The notes under the pieces were generated by a model. The model saw only the letters and a program-made list of their open reading frames with translations. It made no database searches and was not told the origin of the DNA. Below, one piece after another: positions 23,281 to 36,301 of a stretch of DNA of 64,000 nucleotides. Source of the stretch: Anthoceros angustus. Its lineage: Eukaryota > Plantae > Anthocerotophyta. The position numbers were made by a program, and so were the translations under genes. Position 1 is the first letter of the stretch. Each line of letters starts with the position of its first letter. The stretch spans positions 124,001 to 188,000 of the forward strand of contig VJWM01000173.1 in NCBI GenBank assembly GCA_010909165.1, in the 5' to 3' direction.

Positions 23281-26081
23281 CTGCATTCAGAGTGATGCGA
23301 CCACCTTAGCATCTCCTGAAGAATTCTCGGAAAGCAGAGCTCTGATGGTTTGATCTGAGAAACAACTAGGCTTCCATGCAGTTGTATTTGTAGTTGGCTA
23401 CAAATACATGCATAGTTGTTTACAAATCCTGCACAAGATTTGTAACCCTTCATTAGCACTCACAGCTATATTGTGGAAGTACGGGGCTCCCAACATTGGT
23501 AGTAGCACATGCAGCCCAAGTCCGATCCTGCCAGCTAGCTGGTGTCCACCTCTCAGGCACCTTAAAGGCTCCTCAGCCTCGACCTCTGCTTGGCACCTCT
23601 TGCACTCTCTGTTGACCTCACCGCTGCAAACACCAAAAAAACACCACACCAATCCCACACCATCATTTCCCAGGCTGCAGCGCTTGGAACAGGACCAGCG
23701 CCAGACTGGCAGATGCATCAGCGGCAGCAACGGAAGACACTGTGCAAGCTAGTTTTCTGTGCAACAAACCCTCCGTCTCTCACTCTGCGCTCTATCCTCA
23801 ACAGAAGAGAAGCCCTCGAACACGATGCTAGCTATTTGGTTTGCCTCAAAAGCCGATGTGGCTGGATACTGGGCTCTTCGCTTTCAAAGCGTCTCAACCC
23901 GAGTCCGCTTCCTCGCAGCGAGCAACGTGCCGCGATAATTTAGGCCGTTCACTTCCACGCTGCCGATCCGGCTATCCATATTCAAAGTTTTAAAAATTGT
24001 TTTGAACTTACGCTCGGGCAGGCAAGTTCCAGGGTTCAAATGGTTGCTTCGTGAGACAATGCCCATCCCAAGCAGTTTCCAAATTCATAACTTAATTTCG
24101 GAATATTATAATGATTAGTTTAATTTTAAAATTTAACTTAAGATAAAAATAATTTATTTTTGTAACCTGTAAAAAAATTAGATAGTTTGAAGAAGAAATA
24201 AACTAGATACAATATCTTGCAAAAAGAAAAGGCCTTCTTGGGAGATTTTTAGAATGATGAAATTTTATTTTTTTAATAAATTTTTATATTGACGATAACA
24301 TGATCATACTATTGATTAAATATTTAACTAATTATTAGTAACATTTATGGTCTCCCGCATGATGACTTGGCTTGAGGAAGTTTAACTCTAATACAAAGCA
24401 AATCAAATGCTATCTCCAACATACACTCAGTAATGTGATATTGAGGTGTGGAAGTATGGGAATCAGCAAATAGGTGAGCATGCATACAAGTGTTAAGTAC
24501 CAAGTCCCATGACACGAAATTTTGTCCAAGTGGACTATAATAGACTTCTTTTTGTCCAAGTGGACTATAATAGACTTCTTCTTCTCCTTCTTCATACTTC
24601 ATGTGAATATAGCATTACATATATGTACCTATATATACTTTTGCATGTTATTCGAGGGAATTCATAAGATAGTACCTATTACACCTCATGTGCTCCAAGA
24701 GTTATCAACTATTTATTGGATGATGTGTCTTCAATCGTAGTGTACAGACCAGAAAAGCTATTCATGAAATAGAAAAAATACAAGACAGTCTCATGAGAAG
24801 TTTCATTAGAAACTCAATGAACTATGCCTACACTAATTTTGTCTTATGTTACCATGATAGCTAGGTTCAATATAGGAGTATATAAGGTAGGCCTTGGTCT
24901 TTTAGGGGGTCCCATTCGATTAGGGACCACCGATTCTCCATCAAGGCCAGTCCCCATAACAACCAGTATTCCCGTCCAAGATAAGGACCACACACATCCC
25001 TAGCCCAAACACTTAGACGGTCGAAAACATAAATGCAACAAAAGATTACACCATAATGAGCTTAAACCAAATGCTCTGCATCACACCCAAAGCTTAAAGT
25101 TAAGAGTTTGAAACAACACAACAAGAACACAAACTGACATGTGGGACGGCCCCACAAATACCAGCCCAACAAACATCCCCGTTGGAAAGGAGAATGGCTA
25201 TATTATTGTTGCCAAGAAGCGTGAAGCTAGTGCAACCAATAGTAAAGCGAGCATGTATGCAAACAATTCCAAAAAAAGGAAGAATGAGTCCTAGTTGCAT
25301 TCACTCTTTTTGCCTATAATGTTGTGGATCTCTTCCTCATTCAATATGGCTTCCACAAACCTAGCTACGGCTCTATCTCTCTCTCCTGTCCATATTTTGT
25401 AATCCGGTCATTGCATTTTTTTTTCCAGCCTGTAGTGCATGGATTTGTGCCTGCTTTGAACTAAATTGAAATACGAAGTCAGCGCCATATCCCTCTGGAT
25501 ACACTCATTGCGGATCAATTGAAGCTTGGTCTTGGTCAGCTTTTCCTTCAATGCAACCTCCACGAACTGAATAGACGTCAACCACTCAGAGTGCGTGCCG
25601 AATAGCCATTTTTTTTTAGCCAAAACCGCTAGTACGGCCTTATAGTGGGTCAACATGTTTTCTTGTTCTTGGAACATCTCCTCAAGCTCCTTGGTAGACA
25701 ACGACTTCAGGTGCATCCGCACAACTAGCTTTCTTTCCTTCTCATCTGCCATTCCTCCTATGTGCTCACAATGCATCTGGTTGCAAGCAAAACAGAGGTA
25801 GAAAGCAATTTTGAAGACTCTACCTGTGTAGTTCAAGTAAGAACTTAGACATGCAGATAAGAGAACCCAAGTCAATATAAAGTCGCTAGGATCACAACTT
25901 TAAAGAGTTTTATAGCATGAGCAAAGAATAACATACAAAACGTACCATGGAATCCTCAAAGTAGGACATGAGAGACTCAATTTCAAAGTCCTTTATATAA
26001 GGGAGTGAACAACCCTACTTAGGAAATTTACTATAATAAAAAATAGCATGGGTCCTTATATAGTACTTTATATCTATATCC

Positions 26082-26310
26082 CTGAGACCATTTCACCTGG
26101 TTCACACCTCATATTAAAAAAATCATATTTATTATATATTCTATATCCGGCTGGCATCGATGAGTCCATCTCACCTGATTTGCATCTCATATTAAAGAAA
26201 TCATATATGTTATTTATTCTACGTGTGGTTGGCATCGCTGAGTCCATCTCACCTCGTTCGCACCTCAAATTAAAACAATCATATATACCATATATTCTAC
26301 GTGTGGCTTT
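26082..26310. repeat. 78-bp diverged tandem repeat, ~3 copies
   Basis: (c/a)tgag(a/t)ccat(t/c)tcacct...tcatat...ggcatcg units at 26082, 26160 and 26238. Confidence 0.9.
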
Positions 26311-28484
26311 CTCGGCTCTATCAATACATGGCATTATAGACCCGCAGGGTCTATGATTCTAATTTCACTTTCCTTTTGTCAGAATATAGCATATGTACTC
26401 GAATTTGGAGAAACGTAATCAGCAACCACAGCAGTCCACACAATTAGTGAGACAATAATTTTATCACCAACCAAGGTGGTGGTGGTTGCTAAATAGAGTC
26501 GGCCCTCCCTAATTGGGAACTCTCTAAATATGATTCCTTCCTTATTGAGACCTCTGATCATACTCCTTTCAACATACGTTGTAAAAAATGGAAAATTTTC
26601 CCTAAATGGGTAAATGAGATAAATTGAAAGACTAGATTAAAATATTTTACATTGTTGTACCTCGTTAAATGGGATTATCAGTTTTTAATAAAAAAATTTA
26701 ATAAAAATAATGGATAATAGGAATCGCATAGGTATACTTTGAATTCTATCATACAAGCACATGGCGATCAAGAATAGGTTTATAATGCTTGACATTATGC
26801 CAAACTTAAAGTTTATACATGTAAGCTACTACACACCAATTATTGTACCATTAGAAGTACCTTGTCTTGGAAGGTTGATCTATTATTTAAGTTGTTCTCT
26901 TGGAATAAGTTGTTTCTTACTATTCATAGAGATAAGAATAATGCCTCCAAGTAAGTATCACACCTTGAAGAAAGGGTAGAGGAAAGAGATGGCATATTGC
27001 TCATCCAAATGTGACACAAAAAGAGTTGCTTGCATGGGCAAGTGAGAAGTTTGGAATGCCAATGTCCAAAAGTGTTATGACTGGACTTCCTCAAGAAAGT
27101 GTATCTCATTTGGACCCTCCCGCTATTCAAGCAGCTAATACGGAGTCTTCATTCACTCCTAAGTGTGATTGAAGACTCCTAAGCTTAGCTTTTTCCTTTA
27201 CGATAGGTATAGGTTTTTTAATGTCGCTTAGAGAGAGTGCTAGCTCTGAAGCAGCTAGGTAGAGGAGTAATAAAAAATATTTAGGGTGAAAATTATCCAT
27301 TAAAATTTTTTATTTAAAATATATTTTTATTTTATAAATTAGAAAAGTCTAATTGGGACACCTCTCTTAATAAGACCTCTAAAGCGACTCCAATATACTC
27401 CCAATTAGAGAGGGGCCACAATAACTTGCACTTCGGTAGATAACTAGAGGTGCCTCTGTGCTAGTAACTTAGACACAACATGGTACAAGTTGTTAAGTAC
27501 CAAGTCCCACATAAAGGAAAATTCCATCCAAGTCGACTATAGTAGACATTTTCTTCCACATCATGACCGTGGAATGGCATGGAACGGGATGGATTTGCTG
27601 CCTTAGGGAAATGGCTGTTAGAAAGAATGGGGTCAGAAAGGATTATTTTTTATTGAGGGAAAAAACGATGGGAAAAAACCCATCCAGCAGGACACAAGGT
27701 GGATCCCGAGGACCCCGAGGATCAAGATGAAAAGAGCGACTAAGCTCCTTACCTAAAGGCTACCTGTTGCTCCCAGAACATAAAATGCCCTACAAACTAC
27801 AGAGGAAGAGGAAGAAGCATCACATGCCGTCGCCGCCTTGTGAAATATTGCCGTCCAAAGGGCCCTTTGAAGGGCAATAGAGACTCACTGTCTAAAGTAA
27901 GCTGTGAAATAAGAAAATAAACAACCCCGTGACATGCCTGCGGACGTGGTAAAATTTGGCACATGACTTGAGAAATTTATCAAAGTCAGCAACCTAATGA
28001 TTGCCCCTTTGGAGTGGGAGCATAATAAAGAAGTGGCTCGCTTGCATCCCGTTGTACTTCCTAACCTCGAGAGCCGTAGCATGGACGATAGCCCAACCAG
28101 GACGGGAAGTGATAACCTGAACGTGTATCGAGTGTATGTACTTCCCTCGAGAGCCGTAGCACGGGCGATAACCAACCAAGACCGGAGTGATAACCTAAGT
28201 GGAGATGGTGTATCGAGCACGTCGATAACCACGACGTCCGCCACCAAAAGCTGTGAGGCATAGGCGGATGAGAAAGCGGGTGAGGCATAGGCAGGATGGT
28301 TGGGGTTTACCACAAGGCAACGTGGACGGAACGGCTGGTAAAGATAGGCTCGGAGTATGATTCTAGAAAAGAAACGGCAGTCCGTCAGAATCGGGTTAGG
28401 CAGACGGTGTGGAAATGGATATGGCTTTCTGGATGTCGCTCATGAGTTAGGGCACGCTAGACTCCCTTGGTCGAGTTATCTGGT

Positions 28485-28528
28485 ATTGAATTGAATTGAA
28501 TTGAATTGAATTGAATTGAATGAATTGA
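28485..28528. repeat. (ATTGA)n microsatellite upstream of RPL13
   Basis: About 8 ATTGA units. Confidence 0.95.
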
Positions 28529-28691
28529 CGCTTGCAGGTTGGGCATAACCTGGCCGTCGAATTGCACATCACATACCAAGGCTGGTTTTATGATTATCCG
28601 AAAGGGACGAAGTAACGCAACTAAGGAACAGCAAGCGAGGGCAGCAGGGCAGCCTGAAGCTTCAAAGCTCGCCCTGTAGCCCAGTGCAACC

Positions 28692-29858
28692 ATGGCGGGT
28701 GTGGCCTTGCAGTCCAGCGCCTGCTGCTATGGCGCTGGCCTGTGCTCCTCCTCCTCCTCCTCCTCGTCTGCTTCCTCCTCCGCTTCCTCTTTTTTCGCAG
28801 GCCAGAAAATGCAGGTCTTCTCGATGCGAAAGAGAGTGGCGTTCGCACCCGCAGGTCTGAGCTCCGTGCGGGCCTCCACCGCGGAAGTTCCAGCGGAGAG
28901 GACTCCGTTGCATCCGTCTGCTCTCTCGGGGGCCTCCCCTCACAGAGCCGGCGCCTTCATCCCCGCGCAGCACCGCTGGATGTACGAGGGCATTGAGAAG
29001 CTGGGACCTGTGAGCTGGCTGCACCCGCCTGGCCTGCTGCTGCCGTTGCTGCTGGTGTGCTGGTCTGTGGCTTGCCGGAGCTTGAGGTTGCGATTCCCTT
29101 GCAGGATGTGTGGAACAAGACCTGGTATCCCAAGGCCGCAGACCATCTGAATGTGGAGAAGAAGTGGTACATTGTGGACGCCACCGACAAGAGGCTAGGG
29201 AGGCTTGCATCCACCATCGCCATCCACATTCGCGGCAAGGACATGCCCACCTACACTCCCAATGTGGACATGGGGGCTTACGTCATCGTGGTAAGTTGTC
29301 CGCATTCCGGCTTCTGGTTGGATGCTCCTGCGATCTGACAGAGGTGCGGAACAGGGCAGAGAAAGCTGCCTGGTACCTGCAGCTGATCAGGATTTCCTCT
29401 GCACATACATGCGTTGGTTGGTTAGTTCACGCAGGAAAGGACTGTCATTGTTGCCTGACGGAGGGTTTTGTGGAGAGCAGATTAATGCAGAGAATGTTGG
29501 TGTCACTGGGAAGAAGAGAACGCAGAAGCTTTACCGGCGGCATTCCGGAAGGCCAGGAGGTCTGAAGGAGGAGACTTTTGACCACCTGCAGCAGAGAATT
29601 CCAGAACGCATTGTGGAGCATGCTGTGAGGGGGATGCTGCCCAAGGGAAGGGTACGTGTTGTGGCATGTCCAAATTGGCTGCAAGGAAGTGGTCGAGTGC
29701 GAAAACATTTCTAACCCCTTGGTTCGGTGTGCCTACAGCTCGGAAGGCGCTTGTTCACGCACCTCAAAGTGTATAAAGGAGCAGAGCATCCTCACGTGGC
29801 GCAGAAACCTGAGGAGCTACCCATTCACGACAAGAGGATTAATCTGACCTCTGACTAG
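28692..29858 (+). CDS. RPL13: Plastid 50S ribosomal protein uL13c (exons 28692-29009, 29105-29290, 29481-29651, 29739-29858)
   Basis: Ser-rich transit peptide, then [51 protein letters not shown] and [11 protein letters not shown]. Confidence 0.97.
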
Positions 29859-30476
29859 CAGCACATGTAGTCTCCTGAGTGTCCTTACCTCCGTCCAGGC
29901 CTATGACGTTATTGTGAATGGGTGCCTCGTTCTGCTCAAAGGGATCAGCTGCCCTAATGTTCAAGACTGAAATGTACTACCGACATGTTTCTGGTGGTCT
30001 TGTGAGGTGGGCCAAGACAGTAAACCTGATCCCACACCTTTGTGGTGACCTCGCGCTCATTAGTCATTTGGCAAACCTAGCAACCGCCCAACTGAATTCG
30101 CTTCAGAGCGTTCTCATGGAACGCACTGGTTGTTTTTTCCTCAGCGGCTGCACAGCTGCTGCCCTTCTTGTCCCAAAGATAACGTAACGCAAAAAGTGTA
30201 GGAAGATGGATAGCTAACAAGTTTCTGCTACGCCGGAATTTCCCCTCCGAGCTCCAGCTCGATGTTCCTCAATGCTCAATACTCATGGACTTACGGCAAG
30301 CTGCTTTGGTGCCATCTACATAACACCGATGCCATAAAACCCTAGCTGAAACCTCTCAATCTGCGTAGCAAGAAGTGGCACAGCAAGCAGAGCGTCCTTG
30401 CCACGCCCAAATCACACAAGATCTATATCACTTGAGTCTGAAGGAATAGCAGTCTGCGGTAACAAGAGAATTGTCG

Positions 30477-30827
30477 TCAGTGATGCTCTTCGCTTTTGCT
30501 TTGCGTCTTGCCTTTCGCTTTCTCAGCTGCCTGCCGCTCCCTTTCCTTGTTGATTGCATTGATGCGCAAATACTGCACTCCCGATCCATATCCAGGTCAA
30601 TCACTACAAGCTTTCCTTCCAAAAGACATCAAACCTAGCATGCCTTCCTGATCCCCCTCCAGGAGCTTGAAACAAACCTCTTTGCGATGATGCAGGCACT
30701 CGAAGTAATCCTCCCGCAACAGTGTGCACTCCGCAGGCCAGTCGCATCGAGACATACAGTCGCTGAAGTCCATCCACAGGTTGAAGCAGCGCCCCTTCCC
30801 ACCGTGCAGGCCAAACCCTGATGCCAT
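30477..30827 (-). CDS. NDUFS5: NADH dehydrogenase (complex I) 15 kDa subunit / Fe-S protein 5 (exons 30827-30678, 30572-30477)
   Basis: MASGFGLHGGKGRCFNLWMDFSDCMSRC...CTLLREDYFECLHHRKE contains a twin CX9C motif; exon 2 reads YLRINAINKERERQ... Confidence 0.95.
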
Positions 30828-31298
30828 AGCTCCGATCACAACAAACCTGAATTTTCCGGTGAATACCTCCTTTGCCTTTCCTCGCCGTGAAGGAAGTTGA
30901 AGAAACGTTAATATCTACCTGCTTTTTATTAGGGAAAGAACTTATCATCTCACGTCGAAACCGGGCGCTGTATTGTACAAGTAGAGATGGGATACCTACT
31001 ACAGATGGGGCACCTACATTACTTCTTATGTAGCGCATGCGGTGTGCATACACCTTATGTGCGGTGTGTTACTTATGCTTGCCCAAGTTTTCATATCACT
31101 CATTCTTGTTGCATTCCCATTCATGGGCCAATCACACGGTTTAACCCATTGCCTCTGAGTCCCTAATGTTGCCCGAAAACTGGGTCAGGATGCTGATGCT
31201 CCTCAACTGGAGGCAAAGCTGTACAACATACACTTACAGATTATGCAACCCCGAAAATGGATGTGGCTGAGGTACTACGAATTAGTGACGACTACTCC

Positions 31299-32490
31299 CT
31301 AAGAACAGACTTTGCCTATGATTTTGCGTTTGTAGGACCGGTCCTCTGTGGTGAGCGGGCTGCTTCGGGTGTAGAAAAACCTCTTGTAATTGGGTGCTCC
31401 GGAAGCGGCTTTCAGCTTGGAAAGCCCCTCTTCTACTCTCCCATGGCTCAGATCTTGATTGTCACCCTCTGCTTCGATTTGTTTTTCCACCTCCCTCTGG
31501 AACTCCTCTTCCTCGTCCTCCTGGAGCACAGAGCAAGGAGAGGTTCAAATTGGACAGTGAGAAGGGGAACCCTATGGGCTGGAATTAAGGCACCACCTGG
31601 ATGGATTGCCTACCATCATCTTCATCTGGTCTATAAACCACGGTGGCAGAGACTCAGGTAACGTGACCAGGTCTTCGTCGAAAAGCTCCATGAACTGCTC
31701 GTTAGCATACCGAGCTTTACTACCCGCATACCGCCTGTACTGGTCACACAATCACTTATTTGAGTCCATGGAGACTAGACGGCAAAACCCCACATGAGCA
31801 TGCCACAGATGTCACAGTTCTTCACCTCCTCCAGAAGGGATGTCAGATTCCACTTCTGGAGCCTGCGAAGGCATCCTACAACTGTGCCTGTCACATGGAC
31901 CCCAGTCCTGCACAAAGTGGAACTCCGTTCAAGCTATGGAATTCAAGGACTGACCTCACCCGAACCCGAATCCACAGTCATGAAATGGCAAGCACAGCAA
32001 AGACAGCACTCCAGCCCCGAGGAGCAGGAGTGAGAGTGGGAAAACTTACTGGCACATGATCATAATCGGATGAGTATTAACGTCCAACACCACCTCCAAC
32101 GCATCCTTGATAAGATCCTCGCTGATGGGCTTCCACGTCACTGTCGGTTTCTCAAATTTGCAGCCCATGTGCAGCTGCAAACAGAGCAAGTAGTCATCCA
32201 CTGACCCACAATTCTCAGTTTCGCCACATGCCTTCATCGCTTCCAAACCGGAGAACAGCTCAGACGGAGGAGGGTAAGAAACCCACAAACGCTATTCCAT
32301 TGTCTCGGAGGTAATCCGTCAAGTAGGGTTGAGGTGGATCCGGCGACAGATACACCACCGTGCGAAGATGGAGATGCAGGAGGAAAGGCAGATTGTGTGG
32401 TGCCAGTCCATTGGATCGATACACTCCGGGCTCCACGATGCCATACGCATCGGGCACGCTCATATGCACCAACAGCGAAGTGCCCGCCAT
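31299..32490 (-). CDS. PFA-DSP/Siw14-OCA family (Y_phosphatase2) protein with a degenerate catalytic loop; multi-exon, start codon uncertain (32511/32490/32463)
   Basis: [42 protein letters not shown]...HPIMIMC|[28 protein letters not shown]|[21 protein letters not shown]. Confidence 0.88.
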
Positions 32491-33140
32491 AGCCCTCCTT
32501 CCGCTATCCATCACAGCAAGCCCGCCACTCCCAGGTGGATGCCATCTCAGTCATGAACCAAGCTTGTCCCTCCTCGAAGAGCGGCCGCCTCGGAAGGAGA
32601 CTGTCGAAACGGGTCGGTTCGGGCCGGGCCCCGAAACGGGACGCCGTTATGGCCTCCTCTGTAAATGGTCTTATTATGCATATGGGCTTCTGCCTAGATG
32701 AGATCATCTGCACATCCGCAGATCAAGGACTCCGATTTCATCTATCGTTACACAAATCCAAGGGCGCTGGCGCAATCCATAGATCTGATACTTGAAGATG
32801 ATCGTGGAAGCCGCACAGGGGCCTCGCAGATGATGCTCATCGTCGGGGATGCGGGATCGGGGTTGCGTGTCATACTGTGCTAATGTCCCCTGCCTACTGT
32901 GTGTGCCAGGGGTATTAGATGTTTCCCACAGGAAGGAATCCGATGCTCTGGTTGGAGGAAGCTGTTGCTGTGCTTGTGAAGGGTTTGCGAGGAGATCCGA
33001 CAGTCAGGAGATCCGAACTGCAGAGCGCGTTGCCTGGAGAGGTGTCCCATGGTTTGCCCTAGAGAGGTGGCCTTGGCTCTCTTTTTTTTGGTCCTGTAGG
33101 ACGTGGTGGTGGAAGGTGCTTTAGCTGGAGGAGGCTCTGG

Positions 33141-34103
33141 ATGCGGGAGGGAGGAGTTTGCAGGCAGATGTCTGAGAGTGGTGTGAGGAAAGGCCGCAAC
33201 ATGGCAGACGTGAAGGCAGGTACAGGTTCTCTTTGGAGGACCCTAGTAGGAAAGGTTTCGTTCAGTTTGCGCCGCATGATGCTGCAGATTTTGTCAGCTG
33301 GCCCGATTCCCAGGCACGTAGCCATAATCATGGACGGGAACAGAAGGTTTGCGGACAGAGCTCAGATGGATAGGACAAGCGGGCATCTGTTCGGGTATGA
33401 CCGGTTGATCGAGACGCTGGAGAACTGCTTCGAGCTGGGAGTGAAGTACATGACAGTGTATGCCTTCAGCATAGACAATTTTAAGCGCTCGCCGGAGGAA
33501 GTGGCTGCTCTGATGGATCTTATGCAGGAGAAACTGGAGACGCTGGCGGAGAAAGAACGTTTGCTGGAGGATTATGGTGTGAAAGTGCAGGTTTGCGGCG
33601 ATTTATCTTTGTTACCTGAACGGGTTGTCACGGCAGCACAGCGGGCCATGGCTGCCACCAGACACAACGAATCGGCGGTGTTTAACATCTGTGTGGCTTA
33701 CACGTCTTCTCATGAGATGGTTGAGGCCATTCAGCAGATAAGGGATGGGGTTCTCGCCAAATCGATGGATGAGTTTGGCAGAAATGTGACCTTGAGCTCG
33801 CAGAAGGTTAGGGATATTAGCATGAGACCTGCCAAAAATCTGAAGGTGAGTGACATCTTGGAGGGGATCACGGAGAAAGACATTGATCAGCACTTGTACA
33901 CAAGGGGCTGTCCTGCTCCTGACTTGGTGATTCGAACATCCGGGGAGACTCGCTTGAGCAACTTCCTCATGTGGCAGAGCTGTTTTTCACATTTAGCTTT
34001 CTGTAGGGTGCTGTGGCCCCAATTTTCCCTACGGCACCTGTTTTGGATATTATTGGACTGGCAAATTGCTCACCCTGCACTCCAAGCTCAGCAATCCCCA
34101 TAG
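33141..34103 (+). CDS. cis-prenyltransferase (dehydrodolichyl diphosphate synthase-like), single coding exon
   Basis: IPRHVAIIMDGNRRFA, YAFSIDNFKRSPEEV and PDLVIRTSGETRLSNFLMWQ. The lack of a C-terminal RxG motif fits a heteromeric DHDDS-type subunit. Confidence 0.96.
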   Translation: MREGGVCRQMSESGVRKGRNMADVKAGTGSLWRTLVGKVSFSLRRMMLQILSAGPIPRHVAIIMDGNRRFADRAQMDRTSGHLFGYDRLIETLENCFELGVKYMTVYAFSIDNFKRSPEEVAALMDLMQEKLETLAEKERLLEDYGVKVQVCGDLSLLPERVVTAAQRAMAATRHNESAVFNICVAYTSSHEMVEAIQQIRDGVLAKSMDEFGRNVTLSSQKVRDISMRPAKNLKVSDILEGITEKDIDQHLYTRGCPAPDLVIRTSGETRLSNFLMWQSCFSHLAFCRVLWPQFSLRHLFWILLDWQIAHPALQAQQSP

Positions 34104-36301
34104 TTGCGTTTGCTCATCCATGTTACGGATTATATAGAATGGGGAAATGTAGATAGGAAGTTTAGTGATGATAAAGGTGCAATATCCTAGGTGAAAATTG
34201 TCACAGAAGAATTTTTGAGCTAAAAGCTCGGTATTCTTTCCCGCCTCGTACGCTTGTCTTTTTCCATGGTACTCTTGGAATTTTGTGAAGGGAGAGCCTG
34301 AACGTAGCTGATGAATGTGTGGTCCTGCCAAGCCGTGCACAGAATTGGGTCGCTGTGATCTCGATATCCTCATGTGTTAACAAAGTCAGCAGGTGTGCAG
34401 GGTCTTCTTCTCATGGCACCGACGAAATCCAGCATCTTCCATTTCTGTTGGGAGACGAGGTAGGTTCCAAAGAATTTTTCTTCTTGCCTTCGTACCTCTC
34501 TCGTGAAGTGGGCATGTTCACGCAGGATCTTCAAGGGCATTGGGAAGAGAATTTGTTGGTGGCCCAGGCTGATTGCGGAAATAAAACTTTGCCCCAGTGC
34601 ACACATACTCGGTGACACAGTGTTCAAAAGCATGTGGCAATTGTGTGGGCTTCGATGTGTGGAACGCAGAAAGCCAGGTCTCTATTGGTTTGCCTCCGGG
34701 GGACCGCGACTATATCGGTGTGCCTTTTGATGGATATACCTCTGTAGAAACCGCCGTGCTACAAGTTACAACGGTACTGCGGCTGCCGCTCTTCCTTGGG
34801 CCTCATAGGCTGTGCAGTCCTGGAGCATCTTTTGGAAGTCTTTCCGACATGATATTCATCAGCCCGCTGCCATGGCATTATCGCCAAATGGAAGATCGTG
34901 CCGGCCAACGCATCTACCCACTGGCAAAGTTGACATGTGGAGGACGGAGAGGAGTGAAACATTGGCGACCCCTACTTCTTCAGATTCAAAAAGGCGGCCA
35001 GATTCATGAAGAAGGCGGCTGACGAGATATCATTGCCGTCGGGAAGGATGTGACGGCGAGAAGGTGAGACAGGCACAACAGCCCATAAAATATCCCACAT
35101 GGCAATGAGGGCGAAGGCGAAGGGCAGCGGGGGCAAGATCAGGGTTGGTGCATGGCCTGCAACGCCAGCAATTCCTGTCGCCCTCCTGCCACATGGTAAC
35201 TAGCTGTATCTACCTGATTGCACGACCTGAACTGTGTCCCATATGTATCATGGTAGTGGGCCGTGGCACACCCATTAAGTGGGGTCCTGGTGGCACGCTT
35301 CCACATCCTGTCAACCTTTGTGCAAAGGTGAAAGAGCCCCATCTCCCTTCTCAACCCTTTTGTCTTGAAGCTCTTCAACAGTAGATTCAGATCCGTCCTA
35401 TGGATTTGTTGTCAATCCTTGTTCCCGAATTCCATGATACCGCCTGTGTGGGTACCTGTGCAGCTTGGATCATTGTACTTGAACCGCAAAGCCGGCCTGC
35501 TTGCTACAGGATCTGTGCCTTCCCTGCTGCTGTGGGTGACGAGGGTTGTGGGTCATCCTTGGTCGGTCAGTTAAATATATGTACATCCATTGTAACTCGA
35601 CATGCAGGCCCAGGGCCATCCATCCTACTATTTTATACTCCAGGCCAATCCGAACCTGATATACCGCCGCTTCCTCAGATCCGGGACATGAAGGGGCGTG
35701 GGTTGATCAGCCAGTTGGCAGCTTGTGCATTGACTTGTGAACAAACCACCCTGGCTGTAGCTGTCGGGTCTGGTTGTAGGCCCGTTTCACATGGCCGGTG
35801 CTATTTCCAGATTCACAACGGATCAAGCATGGGACCGAGTCTATGCTCTGGCGCACCTGCGTCCAGCATCTGAGAATTAGGTACGAGCCGTTTGAACGCT
35901 TGTCCACCTTTTGCAATAGCAGACTACGTCTCCATGTCTTAGTGTGGAATCATGCCACGCAGTCCATCAGCAGACTACCAATGTGACTGGCAACACCAGC
36001 CATCGTAGCTCCTGTCGGCCATGGCACATTCAGGGAGAGGGGAACCCGATTTCGATGCAATCAGAAGTCTGAGACTCAGGGTAGCAGCGGAGAGTGCAAC
36101 AAGAACCATCGGCCCAAACCAAACCCTTTTGACCTAAACCTGTTCCGATCTCCCAGTGCACCAGCCGATTGAGAAGAGCACAGAGGAGAGCAGGCCGCGA
36201 GCAGAGCAGACAGCCCTGCGCCCGCGCAATTGGTGTGGAGTACTGGAAGTGGAGAATGCTCACCTGTTCTCTAATTCCTCGTCTCAAGCTGCAGGGACAG
36301 G

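Noticed and set aside
28066-28300. ~79-bp diverged duplication with ORFs on both strands
   Set aside because: The ORFs follow the repeat and show no recognisable domain.
34250-35900. Possible decayed F-box/kelch-like gene on the minus strand
   Set aside because: Protein-like fragments with many stops, but no motif I can identify with confidence.
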